A stretch of 64,000 nucleotides of DNA. Source: Octopus vulgaris. Its lineage: Eukaryota. The notes below the pieces were generated by a model that did not search any database, was not told where the DNA came from, and saw nothing but the letters and a program-made list of their open reading frames with translations. The stretch spans positions 66,650,001 to 66,714,000 of the forward strand of contig OX597832.1 in NCBI GenBank assembly GCA_951406725.2. Reading direction: 5' to 3'. How positions within the stretch are numbered: the stretch's first letter is position 1; each line of letters begins with the position of its first letter. This document shows positions 1 to 13,454 of this stretch, piece by piece. The position numbers and the translations under genes were made by a program.

Positions 1-119
1 ATATATATATATATGCCAATATGAAAAACAACATTAAAAAATGGGATAAGAACGCAACAGGCGACGGCAAAACATGCAGACAGTTAGATGATACAAAAGG
101 AACGAGAAAAAACAAGGAT

Positions 120-295
120 GGATCATGAATTAGAAACTGGAAAAATGTGGAGCAGTACGTTTTTTATAAGTGCCCTAGGAAGAGTAACAAAATGGGCTGA
201 TTCCTGCCTAACTCAGATACCAGGAAACCCCAAAATGGCAGAAATTCAAAAGATAGTGCTCCTAAAATACTGTCTATGTAATCTCAAATTTTAAA
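120..295 (+). mobile_element. 3' remnant of R4/Dong-type RLE retrotransposon
   Basis: ORF 88..294 contains ELETGKMW...ISALG...ADSCLTQIPGNPKMAEIQKIVL, which closely matches the C-terminus of the element at 11316..11729. Confidence 0.85.
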
Positions 296-539
296 ACAAC
301 TCATAATTTTCTAACGTTTGCTTAAACCTTCTCTAGAGTTAAATGCAGTAAGAGCTGGTATGAATTAAATTTATATAAGATACCATGGTGGGAGATGGTT
401 AATCCATTCAAAAAAGAAGAATTTACTTCAGAATTGTCAATAAGGAGGGAAATATATTGTCAGTTTATATATTGTAATAGAATTCATCCAATTGTGTGAA
501 GACATTTTTAGGGAGAAGCGTAGCTTAATCTACCTCTCT

Positions 540-1499
540 AGTTATATATGTAAGTTTGTGACGGAAAGTATTCAAATAGCTTCAGTGACATCCGTCATTT
601 GAAAGACTGATGTCAATGGTAGATCCAATTAATCCCTGCAATCTAACAATTGTAAGATATGTTAAAGACAGATCGAACCTGGGTTAAAATCCTTGCAAAG
701 TAGAGAACTCATTTTTAGGATCCATGCGTTCCCCGAGGATATTACAGCAAAGCAATTGTTTTCATCAATGTTTTCGACTTTCGAGTAGGTTGTGTTTCGA
801 AGGCTATTCAGTGGAGAAGTACATAAAATCTAATGTCTTTACTTTAAAACTAGGCGGGGGTTCAGGTCTTACCTAACATATTTCTTGGCTGTTTTAAAAT
901 GACATTTGATATTCACAAAATAATTCATTTGTGAATAATTTTATATTTCTATTTTAAGTCAAATGTCGGAAGAACGCGTTGCAATAGCGGGAGAAGAGAA
1001 GATAATAATAGCCTTATAATCGTTGCATTTATGTAGGATTCTGCCTGAAAAGAGAAAAATAAGGACACAAAATGCATTAGCACAGCTTTAAAAACATTAT
1101 CACCCTTCAAAGCCTTTCGATATAATTTCAATCCTATTATGTTGATGTTTGATATCCCAACAAAAGGGAATCCCTCTTTTGTTATATCAATAGCAAGATT
1201 ATGCAGTATACATAATGATGAGAGAAGCTGCAGAAAAGACGGTAATTTCTTGCACAAATCACAGAAAGAATACAAACCTTTTTCAAAAAGTGTTTGCAAA
1301 TGATAACACGCATAATTTTAATATTCTATGTACCCGAATTGAAACAAGTTTATCTATTTTAGTTATAAAGCTGTTATATAATTTAGACTTGTTAATTAGG
1401 TATCACGTGGGAAATTTCGTTCTCTTTCTTATCATAGAATATCAGAATTATTATTCTTTTATCATCGTGCAATATCGCTTCAATGTTGTTTCATATTAA
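540..1499 (+). pseudogene. Possible highly decayed protocadherin/cadherin-repeat coding remnant
   Basis: Scattered cadherin-like motifs across frames: VKILAK...SKAIVFINVFD (~685-780) and MREAAEKTVISCTNHR...VFANDNTHNF (resembles DRE...ISCxDxG...VxDxNDNxPxF) in ORF 1215..1499. Many stops. Confidence 0.35.
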
Positions 1500-1553
1500 G
1501 CATAATTGGGAATGTATTTAAGAGATATTTCCTTTCTATTTGTGGGATGCATC

Positions 1554-1558
<5 letters not shown>

Positions 1559-1631
<73 letters not shown>

Positions 1632-1660
1632 ATATATATGTATGTATACATATATGTATG

Positions 1661-1737
<77 letters not shown>
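1559..1737. repeat. (TA)n microsatellite with TATG interruptions, representative of dozens of (TA)n/(AC)n tracts in the window
   Basis: Seen directly; source of the YI-rich ORFs. Confidence 0.99.
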
Positions 1738-1743
<6 letters not shown>

Positions 1744-2672
1744 GAGGTCTTCTCCCGTCGGTTTCGTCAAATAAATGGACCTCAAGTTGTTCGATCAACT
1801 GAATGACGAACCCATTGTGCTAGAGGGTGAAAAGCTGATGCATTCGAATTTAATCTCTCTCACACACACGATCTCTCTCTTTCTCTCTTCGTCTTTCTTC
1901 CACTCCCTTTCTTTCTCTCTCGTTCACTATCACACTCTAAAACACTCTCACGCACAATTTTCTCACACACTTTCTTCATCCTTCCGTGTTTGTTTCTCTT
2001 TTTTCCCTCTCTTACTGTGGGTAACACACCCACATACACCCCTCATTATTTCAAAAGCCAAGATCTAAATCAGAATCTCTCTCTCTCTCTCTCTCTCTCT
2101 TCTTTTTCTTGCACGCATTCACTTCCCATACTCTTCTAAATCCGTCCCTCCAAATAGTTTTTGAATTTCACCTTCAGGCAGATCGAGGGTAGGCACTTGA
2201 CACATTCCATTATATCTTAGGCCGATCAACAGTCACCCGACAGTAAATCAAAATCTTTTAAATACTATCTATAATTACGTATTGACTCGAATGGAAAAAT
2301 GTGTCGCGTAAGAAGGACTTCAGTTTGAAGAATTTTCATGATATTTTAAATTCAGATGTTTTTATTCAATTCATTCTGTGAAACCAAAATAAATTTTAGA
2401 ATTAAATGGTTTTGATTTACTGCCAAGTGACATTTGACAGTGAATTTAATGAAATTAAATACTGATTGAATTGCATTTACCGAATTTTCAATGACCCGGC
2501 GGGTTACCCGCAATATCACTGAATATTTAATTAATTTTCTCTTTAACAGAAGAGAATTCTCGCCTGAGTATGAGGCTGACCACGAGATCCCACCATTGCA
2601 AATGTCAAATATGCTCGGAATGCAACTGGCGTTCATGTTAGAATGATAATATATATGTATATAAGTACACAA

Positions 2673-2739
<67 letters not shown>

Positions 2740-3005
2740 TGCATTCACAGATATAAATGCATACATACACACATACATACATATGTGTAAGTGCACGCAC
2801 ACTAACCCACACACATGCGCACAGGTAAACAACAAGAACGCAGCTCGGATAATGGACAATCAACGACCATTGAAAAGGTTACAAGACGCAAAGAAATTTG
2901 CAGAAAAATAAAGAAGTAAATTAGTAGAAACTGAACCGCTGAGTGTGTTAAATAGTAAGGCACTAAAAGAGAATGAATCGCCCCAGGCAGCAAAATATGC
3001 TTCAA

Positions 3006-3285
3006 CACGTGACCGACCAGGCTATCAGATGTTGCTACACATCGCTGGTCGCAATACGCTTCGCATTGCTTTAGCCTTCAAATGACGCCACCCCGCTGGC
3101 TAACCGAGCAGGAGAAAAGGAGAAAGAGTGAGAGAGAGTTGCGGTCGCCACCCCCCATGCCGTAGCCTCGTGGAGCTTTTAGGTGTTTTCGCTCTCTAAA
3201 CACTCACAACGCCCGGTCTCGGAATCGAAATCGTGATCCTACGACCGCGAGTCGGCTGCCCTAACCACTGGACCATTGCGCCTCC
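3006..3285 (-). mobile_element. tRNA-derived SINE
   Basis: Minus strand begins GGAGGCGCAATGGTCCAGTGGTTAGGGCAGCCGACTCGCGGTCGTAGGATCACGATTTCGATTCC (A-box, and B-box-like TTCGATTCC), followed by a GC-rich non-tRNA body. Confidence 0.8.
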
Positions 3286-3306
3286 ACACACACATATTTA
3301 TATATG

Positions 3307-3348
<42 letters not shown>

Positions 3349-3599
3349 AGTGTATATGGAAAAACTGTGTTATATGTGATACTATTAGAAATAGTGTCTA
3401 TGGAAATGACTTCAATGCTTATTCTTACGACAGCGTACATTCGATGTAATTTTCTGGAATACAAATACCTCGACAAATTTAATGACTCTTATCTTGTGAT
3501 ATTGATAAATATCTTCTACTTATATCAATTTTTATACAATTGTTTACCTAATTTCGTCATAAATAAAACCAATTCTTCTGAAATCTGAAATCTGAAAAA

Positions 3600-4260
3600 A
3601 TCTATAACGCCCAAGTTATATTTTTTTTGTCTTAATACTAAATTTGAAAATGTTCGAGGCAGATCCAGCTAGCTTCATGGGACATTTTCTAAGTAAGAAT
3701 GAGTGTTGGGTTCATAACTGCAAACAAGAGAGAAAGGGACAATTTATGAAATTGAAGCTCTCTTCTTCTCCTGCTCCAAAGAAGAGCAAAATGGTCAAGG
3801 TCGTATCATTATGCTTATTGATTATCCTCAAAACGGTGACATCAACAATAGAGAGCAGTACGCCATCTTGGTGAGGTAGTTATGAAAGGCTGTCAAAACA
3901 ATACGCTCAGGGAATCCGCCGAAAGGGGGCCTGTTTCGTTAAGACAACGTTCCATCAAACAAGTCATTGGTTTCAATGGTTGCAGTGGGTGAGTTTGGTT
4001 TTGAAATGACTGCTCACATTTCCTATCTCCATCTGGCTATCATCTTTTCCCCAGCATGTAAAACCATTTGACTGGAAATCAATACTGCAGTGACGATGAC
4101 TCCTTATCTGCTTTTGATTGTTTCACCATCTAGATGAAAGTACTGCAATACCGATAGGAGTGTGTGTACTGCAGGGGATCATGTTGAAAATAAACTTAAT
4201 TGGGTCACATTCTATGGGTTTATATTGGTCAGCCTGTGTACTAATCAGCCGGCTCTCTTA
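3600..4260 (+). mobile_element. Degenerate mariner transposase remnant
   Basis: KNECWVHNCKQERKGQFMK...SSPAPKKSK (DExWV...PKK), DNVPSNKS (HDNAPxH-like) and SGYHLFPSM (PSDYHLF-like); frameshifted. Confidence 0.8.
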
Positions 4261-4884
4261 TAACATTTTTAGCATTTTTTGCCCGAAGGCATGTTGTAAA
4301 GTATACTCATTTATACATGGAACAAATATATTGGGTTAACATATTGGGGGGTTTAATGTTTAATACTAAGATATCATTTAACTTTGTAAATGTTTTATGG
4401 GTACGCAGTAATGTTGACAGCCCAGCGTCATCGTCGTTACAAATATTCTTTGCTGTGACCATTACATTAAGTGATCGCGTTTTCTCCGAATTGTTTATAG
4501 GTTTGGTATATGATGGTTTTGATTTTTTGTACTTGATATTTTTCCTCGTTTTTTTCTTTGTTTGAAATGCAATGCACTTTCGTACTTAGGGGAAAATATT
4601 ATCCCAGTCAAACATTATTTTGAAGGAACTTAAAATCCCTCAAATATGAATTATGTTATTTTACTACTTGTCTGCAGTCCTGAAACTCTCAGAGGAAGCT
4701 CTATGTTTCTTTCGTGTTTGTAACATGTGTATTAATTCTCTTAGAACTGCAAAGCTAGCGAGAGACACATTTTTGATAATTTTGTGTCTAGTAAAAATGT
4801 CCTTATTATTTACTATTTCGCAAAATGTATGTGGTTGTTTCATTGAATTCATTTTCTTTCGATTTTGTTTGCACTCTGTGTTAC

Positions 4885-5080
4885 TGTTACTACTTAAGCC
4901 CTTCGCTCCATTTAGGGATTTGGCCGTCCACAAGTTTTCTCCCCTTTACTCCACTCCGGGTTGTTGTACCGTTGCTCTGCAGTTGGATCTCTGCTCATTC
5001 CTCTCGACGTCAATATCACACCGCCAGGTATTTTTAGCGCATCCTCTCTTTCGCCTCAACTTGTGGATTCTATTCAACGT
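4885..5080 (-). mobile_element. 3' end of an RTE-clade LINE
   Basis: Minus strand reads NPQ..RKRGCAKNTWRCD...GAKGL followed by a short AGTAAC repeat tail; resembles the RTE C-terminus WNPQGKRKRGRPKNTWR. Confidence 0.6.
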
Positions 5081-6513
5081 TACGCTAAGTGAAAGTTGTT
5101 ACTCTCCCGGGTTTGTTGGTTTTGAATTGTTATAAAATTTGCTTTATTTTTCTTCGAAGCAATGATTGCCTTACGCAAAGCCATTTCCACCACTGGTATG
5201 AGGATTCCTTATTAGTCTATCCTCTGACTTTGGCCTGCCCACTATGGCAGATATTAACATGAGTATAATTTACATTGATGTAGCTCTCAGATTAGTAACC
5301 AATAGTAGCCAATATCAGAATGCTTTTCGCCGTGGAATTCCCTAAGCTGAAACTTTAGAAGATATTTCCTTTGCTTTCTCGACGACACAAGTTTACTATC
5401 AATGTCTTATATTTTATTAGCTTTATTTCTGTGTTTTCTTTCTTCTGGTACTGAAATCAACGGAAATTGCAAAACCCATTTCTTTTTTTTTACCTTATAA
5501 TAGCATTGGCCAAATGCTGAAATCCAGTCACGTTGAATGTAAAATCGAAGGACGTAGAAACAACTTATAAGAAATAAGGAAAATTAAAAGAAAATATTTC
5601 TGGAATGAAATGAATGTTAAAAGCGCCGATAGCGAGTAATAGAAAAGGAGATGGGGAGAATAGGAAACAAAATCTACAGAAATACGAAATATCTACTTCA
5701 AAATGTCACTGAAAACAAGGAAGACAGAGTAAAAATGATAGTCATTAAATCTGCAAAAACTCTGTTCATACAAGCAGCATCGCAACTTCTTCCTACTAAA
5801 TAAACACATTTTCTTGCTTTTTCAAACCTTGTCCATATTACAGTAAATAACGCAAACAACAAGAGAACTAGCAGATCATTTAGGAGCATAGATATAAATA
5901 AATACGGGTGAATATCCTGAAGTGTGTAAGCTTAAAATGAACCCAACGCATTTTTCGTTTTCGAGGCACAACATTAAACCGTTCTCAATGAAAACAATAA
6001 ACAGCATATATAGAAACAAAGCAGAGAACATGGCTTCTGGAATATTTAACAGAACAATCAATCACGTGTTTGCTGGCAGCCCGGTTTAATCTAGCACAAT
6101 ATATAATGAAATATAACATTGTCGATAGGTTTCTTACACTGGAAAAATGACATCGGCAGACATAAAAAGGTATGAAACGAACGCCCATGCTCTACATAAA
6201 TCTCTGAGAATGGAAAAACGACAATGTGTGATATACTGATTAATAGAGGGGGAGAGAGACTGGGAAGAGTGAAAAGCACAGCAAGACAAAGAGAGACGAA
6301 TGGTGGATTAATTTTTACATTTCCCCGTGTATTACTCTCCAAACCTATCAGCAAACACACATTTCCTAATCAATGGATCATCAGCAATGAATGAACATTC
6401 ATTTCGTGAAGATAAATGAGAAATTAGCCAAAAACAGAACAATATGGAAATAAAGATAACAAGACGAAAAGGAGTTGAAGGCAATGCTGTAAATAATATA
6501 GCCTTCTGGTATA

Positions 6514-6514
<1 letters not shown>

Positions 6515-6561
<47 letters not shown>
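6515..6561. repeat. (CTA)n microsatellite
   Basis: Seen directly. Confidence 0.98.
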
Positions 6562-6562
<1 letters not shown>

Positions 6563-6856
6563 GGAGATTGAAATCCAGAATGTGGCATCTCAAAGCAACA
6601 ACAGAAGCTGTTACCTAAAAGACTAGATACCCAACAGAAAAAGATAACTCGTTTTCGCCCCAACACGCATCGCAAACACTAATACAACAAAAACCCACTT
6701 TACACACCATAATAAAACAAAGTGACACGATACAATACCGGGAAGAGTTTACACTCAACTAACAACAAAAATGAACACACAATGTTGCACACTCCTCAGC
6801 AACACAGAAGTGTAGCGAGTGATGAAGGAGAAAATTGCCAGAAACTACCCAATGTA

Positions 6857-6900
6857 TAATAATAATACTAATACTAATAATAATAATAATAATAATAATC

Positions 6901-6950
<50 letters not shown>
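6857..6950. repeat. (TAA)n microsatellite
   Basis: Seen directly. Confidence 0.98.
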
Positions 6951-7849
6951 TAGAAGCTGGACGTGTTTTTCGCTGCTCTGACCAACCCAGCGTGACAACG
7001 GAAAAACTGGAAGATCTACTGTTTTCTGTGAGTAATTTGAATTTCCCTCAAAATAAGCTAAGGAACTTACATATCTCCAGCTTTGCACATACAAGCGAAC
7101 ACCTAACAAAGAATTTAGAATCATAAATATCTCCAATTTTGTGTGAACAGTCTGCCGTCCCTTCTTTGCATTTTATTGTAACAACACAATTAAATGCACG
7201 ATAAAAAAAACTATGGAAGTAAGCGTATGCCAATATATATACACTGCACAACTACAAAAACTGTAAACCACAGCATATCTTTTAAAAAGGAAAGAACAAA
7301 TTCTTTCATTTTCTTTTCTGGGCATTCGAAAATGTAAACATTCTTCCCTTTGCAAAAATCTTTTTTTTTTTTCCAAATGAACATCTCAAGAATACCTAAA
7401 ACTTTAATATATTACCCAAACACGTAAACACGTAAACTTTTATTGCAACAACACAATTGAACTCAGAAATTAGAAAAAAACAAAAAAGCATCGGCGTGAA
7501 TATCAGAAAATATGCGTGTGTGAATATACATATACATATGTGTATGGGTATATGTATATTGCTGGATTGCTTTTCAAGATAACGCTGGTACTAGTAAACA
7601 GATTTGACCTCTCCCTGACCCAAAATGTCCTTTGCCCACCATCTGATGAATCTATTTATAGAACATGACCACTTTACCGTGGCGATGGTGATGGCGATGG
7701 GAATAAGAATAATAAGCTACCGCTGTGACTACACATAAAACAATGTCATTGATGATGATGATGATGATGATGACGGTGATGATGATAATTCTTATTTTTG
7801 TTTGTTTATTTTTTTTCTCGTATTTTATTCTCATTTTTTCGAACTAATA

Positions 7850-10800
7850 CAGGCAGAGTGGACCTTTCATAGGTTAAAAAAGAAATGAATAAATAAATAA
7901 AAAGAAGAAGGGAAAACTATGCCCGGAGATAAAACTATCAACAAAAAAAATACAGACGAATACAGATCTGCTAGCCATAAGAAGCTGCGCTACGAACAAC
8001 ATTTACGTGCAGAGAATCCTAAACTGACAGATCCGTCTCTTAATGTAAGAGTCGAAGCTCGTCATGCTTCAATGTCAACAAAACAACCCACAATCCGAAA
8101 AGGTCGGCGAGCGGACTACAAAAGACCACGTACCCGAAAATTGAACCAAAGTCTGATTGAAAAATCAGCTACTGGAGCAAATCTTCACGACACACAGGAG
8201 CTGGACGTACCCCGCAACTGGAATATTCCAACAGATGGCCATCCATGCTCGTCACCAAACACTCAAAAGAAAAAGAAGGAAAAATGGACTAGGGAAGATA
8301 ATAAAGAAGTTCTTGCGGCCTTCTACCATGCCATATATTTCCCCACAGATAAATCGAACACTATACAAACCTACATAAACTGGAGACAGAAACACCCTGA
8401 AGTAAGACCCTACATAGACAGTAACAAACTTGCCAACGTCAGAAGAAACATTATAAAAAAAAAATTACTGACTGAAGTAGAGATTGATCAAATTAGACAA
8501 GCAGTAACGGATAGAATGAACGAAGCTGCAGCTAGAGAAGATAATACAGAGGAAATAATTATAGACCAGCTCAGAGCTAATAAAAATGAAGTAAGGATTG
8601 AAAGAGTTACTATAAATGATAGGCAAAGTGAAATACTCCCTGAACCAATCATAAACACTAAGACAGATGAACATCAAATAGATGAAGAAAGTCACACAAA
8701 TATTGACCCGACAGAACTACATGAGTTAAAAAGTCAAATCATGATTGAATGGCTGAAAATTAAAGAAACCAGTATGGATGAACGTGATACACCCCCTAAA
8801 ATCCGCAACTCTAACCAAAACATGAAAATAATTGGTAAAACCCGGCTTGTACTTAAGGATATAATTTCAGCTAATGATGTTGATATCACAGATCTCAACC
8901 ACCTATACTATGCCTCCGCGAAAATCTCAACGATCCTATGTGGTGAAAAGATTAGAAAACGGCAAATTTCCACAAAAAGCCTTCTTGGCAAGAGCGTTTG
9001 CAACAACAAATTAAACTATTTGGATCTGAACATTGAATATTTGAAAAACCTTAAGGTTCATAAGACTACCAAACCTATAAAAACCCCAAAACTAATGAAA
9101 AAATATAATATGAAAACTATACTTGATATTGATGCCACCATAGAAACCATCAAGCAAAAGGTATCTGCTAAAGCTGCCCGCATAGCGAGGTATGAAAAGA
9201 ATGTTAGATTCTTCAGGGACAACAACATGTTCAAAAATAAACCAAAAAATTTTTACAAGAAGATAGGAAAAAAAACAGTTACTGTAAAGTCTGTACCATC
9301 AAAAGAAGAAGTGCAGGGATTTTGGAATAAAATTTGGGCAGAAGAAAAAAAACACAGCGAAAAGGCCCCCTGGATTGATAGAATATCTAAAGAACTGGAC
9401 TCCTTAGAAGAGCAAAAGTGGGAAGGTGTCAAGGTAGAAGATACAAGATCTGCTCTCAGGAGGTCAAGCAAATGGAAGTCTCCAGGAAAGGATAAAATAC
9501 CTAACTTTTGGTTGAATGCCTTCCAGAGAGCCATGAACTGCTAACATAACTTTACAATGATGTTTTGCAACACCCTAGTAGGATGCCTCCTTGGCTAGTT
9601 AATGGGTTAACATTCCTGCTTCCAAAAAGTGAAGATACAAATGAACCAAAAAACTATAGACCCATAACCTGCTTAACTACTATGTATAAAACACTAGGAA
9701 TATACCTATAGTTTTTTGACAGACAGCAGCATATTCCCTAATGAACAGAAAGGATGTAAACGTGGATCCTACGGTTGTAGAAATCAACAACTCATCAATA
9801 AGATTATCTTAGAAGATTGTCACAAACGACACAAAAACTTATCAATAGCTTTTGATAGCCTACCACATAGCTGGATTAAGAAATGCCTAGAAATGTATAA
9901 GATAGCACCTGCTCTGCGAAACTTTTTGTCTGTAAGTATGAGATCATGGAGAACCACACTAACTTTGAACAGTGACAATGAATCTCTAAATGCTGGTGAT
10001 GTAAACATTTCATGTGGCATTTTCCAGGGTGACTCACTATCACCACTCCTCTTCTGTTTAGCCTTAATACCTCTCTCAAAACTGCTCAATGACGCGTAGT
10101 ACGGATATAAAATGTTTGACAAAAATATAAATCATCTCTTTTACATGGATGATTTAAAGCTCTTTGCAAAAAATGACCAACAACTCAAGGGCTTACTAGC
10201 GATTGTCAAACAATTTAGTGATGACATCAGAATGCAATTTGGCCTCGATAAGTGTGCAAAAGCAATCTTTATCAAAGGAAAAAATGACAGAAACATCTAA
10301 CGTTAACCTTGACCAGCAGAATGTCATAAAAGAATTAGACCCAGCAGAGAACTACAAGTATCTAGGGGTAATTGAATGAGAAGGAATAAGGCATTCAGAG
10401 ATGAAGGAAAGGATCAGGAGAGAATGTTATCGCAGAGTAAGAGCAATACTCAAGACAGAGCTGAATGCAAGAAACAGGATCGAAGCGATCAATGCATTAG
10501 CTATACCAGTTGTGACTTACAGTTTCAATATCGTTAACTGGTCAATTACTGAAATATGTAATCTTGACAGAAAAATACGAAAACTGTTGACAATGCATAG
10601 AATGCACCACTCTAAGGCAGATACAGAACGACTTTATCTGCCAAGAAAAGAGGGAGGCCGTGGACTTTTACAACTGGCAATAACAATAAAGTTTACTACA
10701 ATTGGCCTAGACACCTACCTGAAAAGCTCTGAGGACTGGATGTTAAAACTTGTCTCAAAACATGAAAACAAGAAAGTATCATACTCAGTAACAAAACAGG

Positions 10801-11899
10801 CAAAGGAATATATAAGTGAATTCCGAATTCAACAAATTTCGGAATTAGAGATAGACATACAAGAAACAGGCACAGAAAAAGCTAAGCGCATGAAAACCCG
10901 TGCTAAATCTGCGGCCTTAGATATTCTGAATGATAAATGGCAAGAAAAACCTCTCTATGGCAAATACCCAAAAAAAGAGCAAATAATGCTGATATTGACA
11001 AAGCCCACACCCATCAATGGCTAATGGCCTCTGGCTTAAAATCTGAAACAGAGGGGTTTATCATAGCAGCTCAAGATCAATGCCTACCAACAAGAAACTA
11101 CCAGCCAACATATTAAAGATCAGAAGCAGTCCAACGTATCGTGTATGCCAGCAACAAAATGAAACCATTGACCACGTGGTCTCCAAGTGCAGTCTTCTAG
11201 TGCCTTCAGAGTATCTCAACAGACACAATAGAGCTGCACAATCTATTCACTGGGTAATCTGCAAAAACCTGGATTTGCACCATGAAAAAACTGGTGGGAA
11301 TACAAACCACCCCCAGTGCTTGAAAATGACCACATCTCACTCCTCTGGAACTTCACCATTCAAACTGACAGAAAGATAGATGCAAATAGACCAGACATCA
11401 TATTGAAAGACTTCAAACAAAGAACATGCCTCCTCATTGATATGACTGTCCCAATCGATATAAACGTATCTGTCAAGACCTACCAAAAACTGAGCAAATA
11501 TAAAGATCTTGAAATAGAAATCAGCAAAATGTGGAAGCTGAAGACTAAAACAATACCTGTTGTCATAGGTGCCCTGGGAATGATAGCAAAAGGGGCTGAT
11601 AGCTACCTAACTCAGATACCAGGAAACCCCCAAATGGCAGAAATTCAAAAGATAGTGCTCATGGGAACTGCTCATATCCTACGCAAAATACTTTCTATGT
11701 TTAAAACAAACATAATTTTCGGTTTTTAAAAAAATTTTTTTTTCTTAGACATTCATTAGTACAACACCAAAAACTCCCCCCCCCCCAATATATGGCACAC
11801 TAGGCATAACAACAACATGAACTTCCTACCTGTTGTCTCTTAAGGTCTCTGGGTGAGACTTGGAGCCAACTTGTACAAATATAAAGCAAGTCAAACATA

Positions 11900-11900
<1 letters not shown>
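7850..11900 (+). mobile_element. Near full-length, inactivated R4/Dong-clade non-LTR retrotransposon (RT + CCHC + restriction-like endonuclease)
   Basis: N-terminal KWTREDNKEV motif; KWKSPGKDKIPNFWL; NYRPITCL; EQKGCKRGSYGC; AFDSLPHSWI; GIFQGDSLSPLLFCLALIPLS; HLFYMDDLKLFAK; RLYLPRKEGGRGL; (C>Y)RVC...ETIDHVVSKC...RHN; RPDIILKD...LIDMTVP...KLSKYKDL. The single ORF is broken into pieces 7919-9544, 9716-10099, 10112-10300, 10401-11024, 11080-11379 and 11316-11729. The 3' end abuts (AAT)n at 11901; the 5' boundary is uncertain. Confidence 0.93.
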
Positions 11901-11941
<41 letters not shown>

Positions 11942-11978
11942 TAATAATACCACCACCATCACCAACATCACAACCACC

Positions 11979-12009
<31 letters not shown>

Positions 12010-12011
12010 GC

Positions 12012-12085
<74 letters not shown>

Positions 12086-12135
12086 TAATAATAATAATAA
12101 TAATGCTAATAATAATAATAATAATGATAATAATA
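11901..12135. repeat. (AAT)n tract with (ACC)n/(AAC)n interruption at the 3' junction of the Dong-like element
   Basis: Seen directly. Confidence 0.97.
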
Positions 12136-12289
12136 TTGAGACATGATTTTATTTGAAGAAAGGATTGCTAAAAAGAGAAGGGCGGCTAAAAGGAGAAGGA
12201 CGACTAGAAAGCGAAAGATAGTTAAAAGTAGCAGCACGACAATATGTATTGAAGATAAAATGTATAAAAGCAAAGGTAGACAATAATTA

Positions 12290-13050
12290 GCTAGATTCCC
12301 AATGTGAATTAAATTTCTTCCAGCTTTGGATTTCCTGGTATACGAGAGAGATAACATTCAGCCACTTTTGCTATTATTCCTACGCTACCTATGTCAATAG
12401 GTATTCTTTTAGCCTTCGGGTTCCACATTTTGCCAACTTGTCTTTCGAGGTCCTTATATTTGCTGAGTTTTTCGTAAGTCTTGGCACATTTATTTATGTT
12501 GATTGGGACAATCATATCGATGAGGAGACATGGTTTTTCTCTGAAGTCCTTTAATATAATGTTTGGCAAATTTGCATCTAGCTTTCTGTCAGTTTGAACA
12601 GTAAAGTTCCAAAGAATTGAGATGTGATCATTTTCAAGCATCCGTTTTTATCCTATATACTGTTCCACTCTAACATACCCGTTGAGATACTCAGTTGCAA
12701 GGACAAAATACAACCGATGTTTCAGTTTTCTGGCTGTTTACTCATACAATAAGTTGGGCTTTTGCCGTTCTTTAAGATGTTGGCCTCGTATCTCCTTGTA
12801 GGAAGGCATTAATCCTTAGTTGCTATGATAAACCCTTGAGTCTCTGATTTTATGCAAGAAGATACTAACTATTGATGGGTAAGAACTTTTGTCAAAATCA
12901 GCATTATTAACTCTCCTTCGGTATTTGCCATAGAGAGGTTTTTCTTGCCATTTATCAGTAAGAATATTTAAGGCAGTAGTTGCTACTTATTTTGTTGCTG
13001 AGTGTACAGCTCTCTTGTTTTGATGCTTTCTGAAAAGATTTAGCACGATG
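12290..13050 (-). mobile_element. Older, internally deleted inverted copy of the same R4/Dong family (3' part)
   Basis: ORF 12309..12641 (LENDHISILWNFTVQTDRKLDANLPNIILKDF...KLSKYKDLE) aligns to 11316..11729; upstream DKWQEKPLYGKY homology near 12920-12960. Confidence 0.92.
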
Positions 13051-13104
13051 TAGCACGTCTAAGTTCTTACTCATTTATTTATTTATTTATTTAATATTAC
13101 TATT

Positions 13105-13364
13105 CTATGTTTGACTTTTGCTTTATGTCTGTACAAGCTGGCTCCAAGTCTCACCCAGAGACCTCAAGAGACAACAGGTTGGAAGTTCACGTTGTTGTTA
13201 TGCCTAGTGTGCCATATATTTGTTTTGGTGTTGTACTAATAAAAAAATTTTTTTTAAAGAATTTGTTTTAAACCTTGTTTTAAACATAGAGAGTATTTTG
13301 CGTAGGATATGAGCAGTTCCCATGAGCACTATCTTTTGAATTTCTGCCATTTTGGGGATTCCTG
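13105..13364 (-). mobile_element. Severely 5'-truncated (~260 bp) copy of the same Dong-like element including the 3' UTR
   Basis: Reverse complement matches 11620-11900 (CAGGAATCCCCAAAATGGCAGAAATTC ... GTCAAACATAG); bordered by (ATT)n at 13372-13452. Confidence 0.93.
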
Positions 13365-13369
13365 TTATA

Positions 13370-13454
<85 letters not shown>

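Noticed and set aside
1496-1806. Numerous YI-, I-, HT- and LSIY-rich ORFs here and throughout the track
   Set aside because: They are translations of stop-free (TA)n, (AAT)n, (AC)n and (GATA)n microsatellites, not proteins.
3215-3285. tRNA gene
   Set aside because: No proper acceptor stem or poly-T terminator, and it continues into a SINE body; the same applies to the other tRNA-like heads.
7845-7930. HDV-like ribozyme at the 5' end of the Dong-like element (GACCTTTCATAGGTT hairpin)
   Set aside because: I could not assemble the P1/P1.1/P2/P4 nested pseudoknot by eye.
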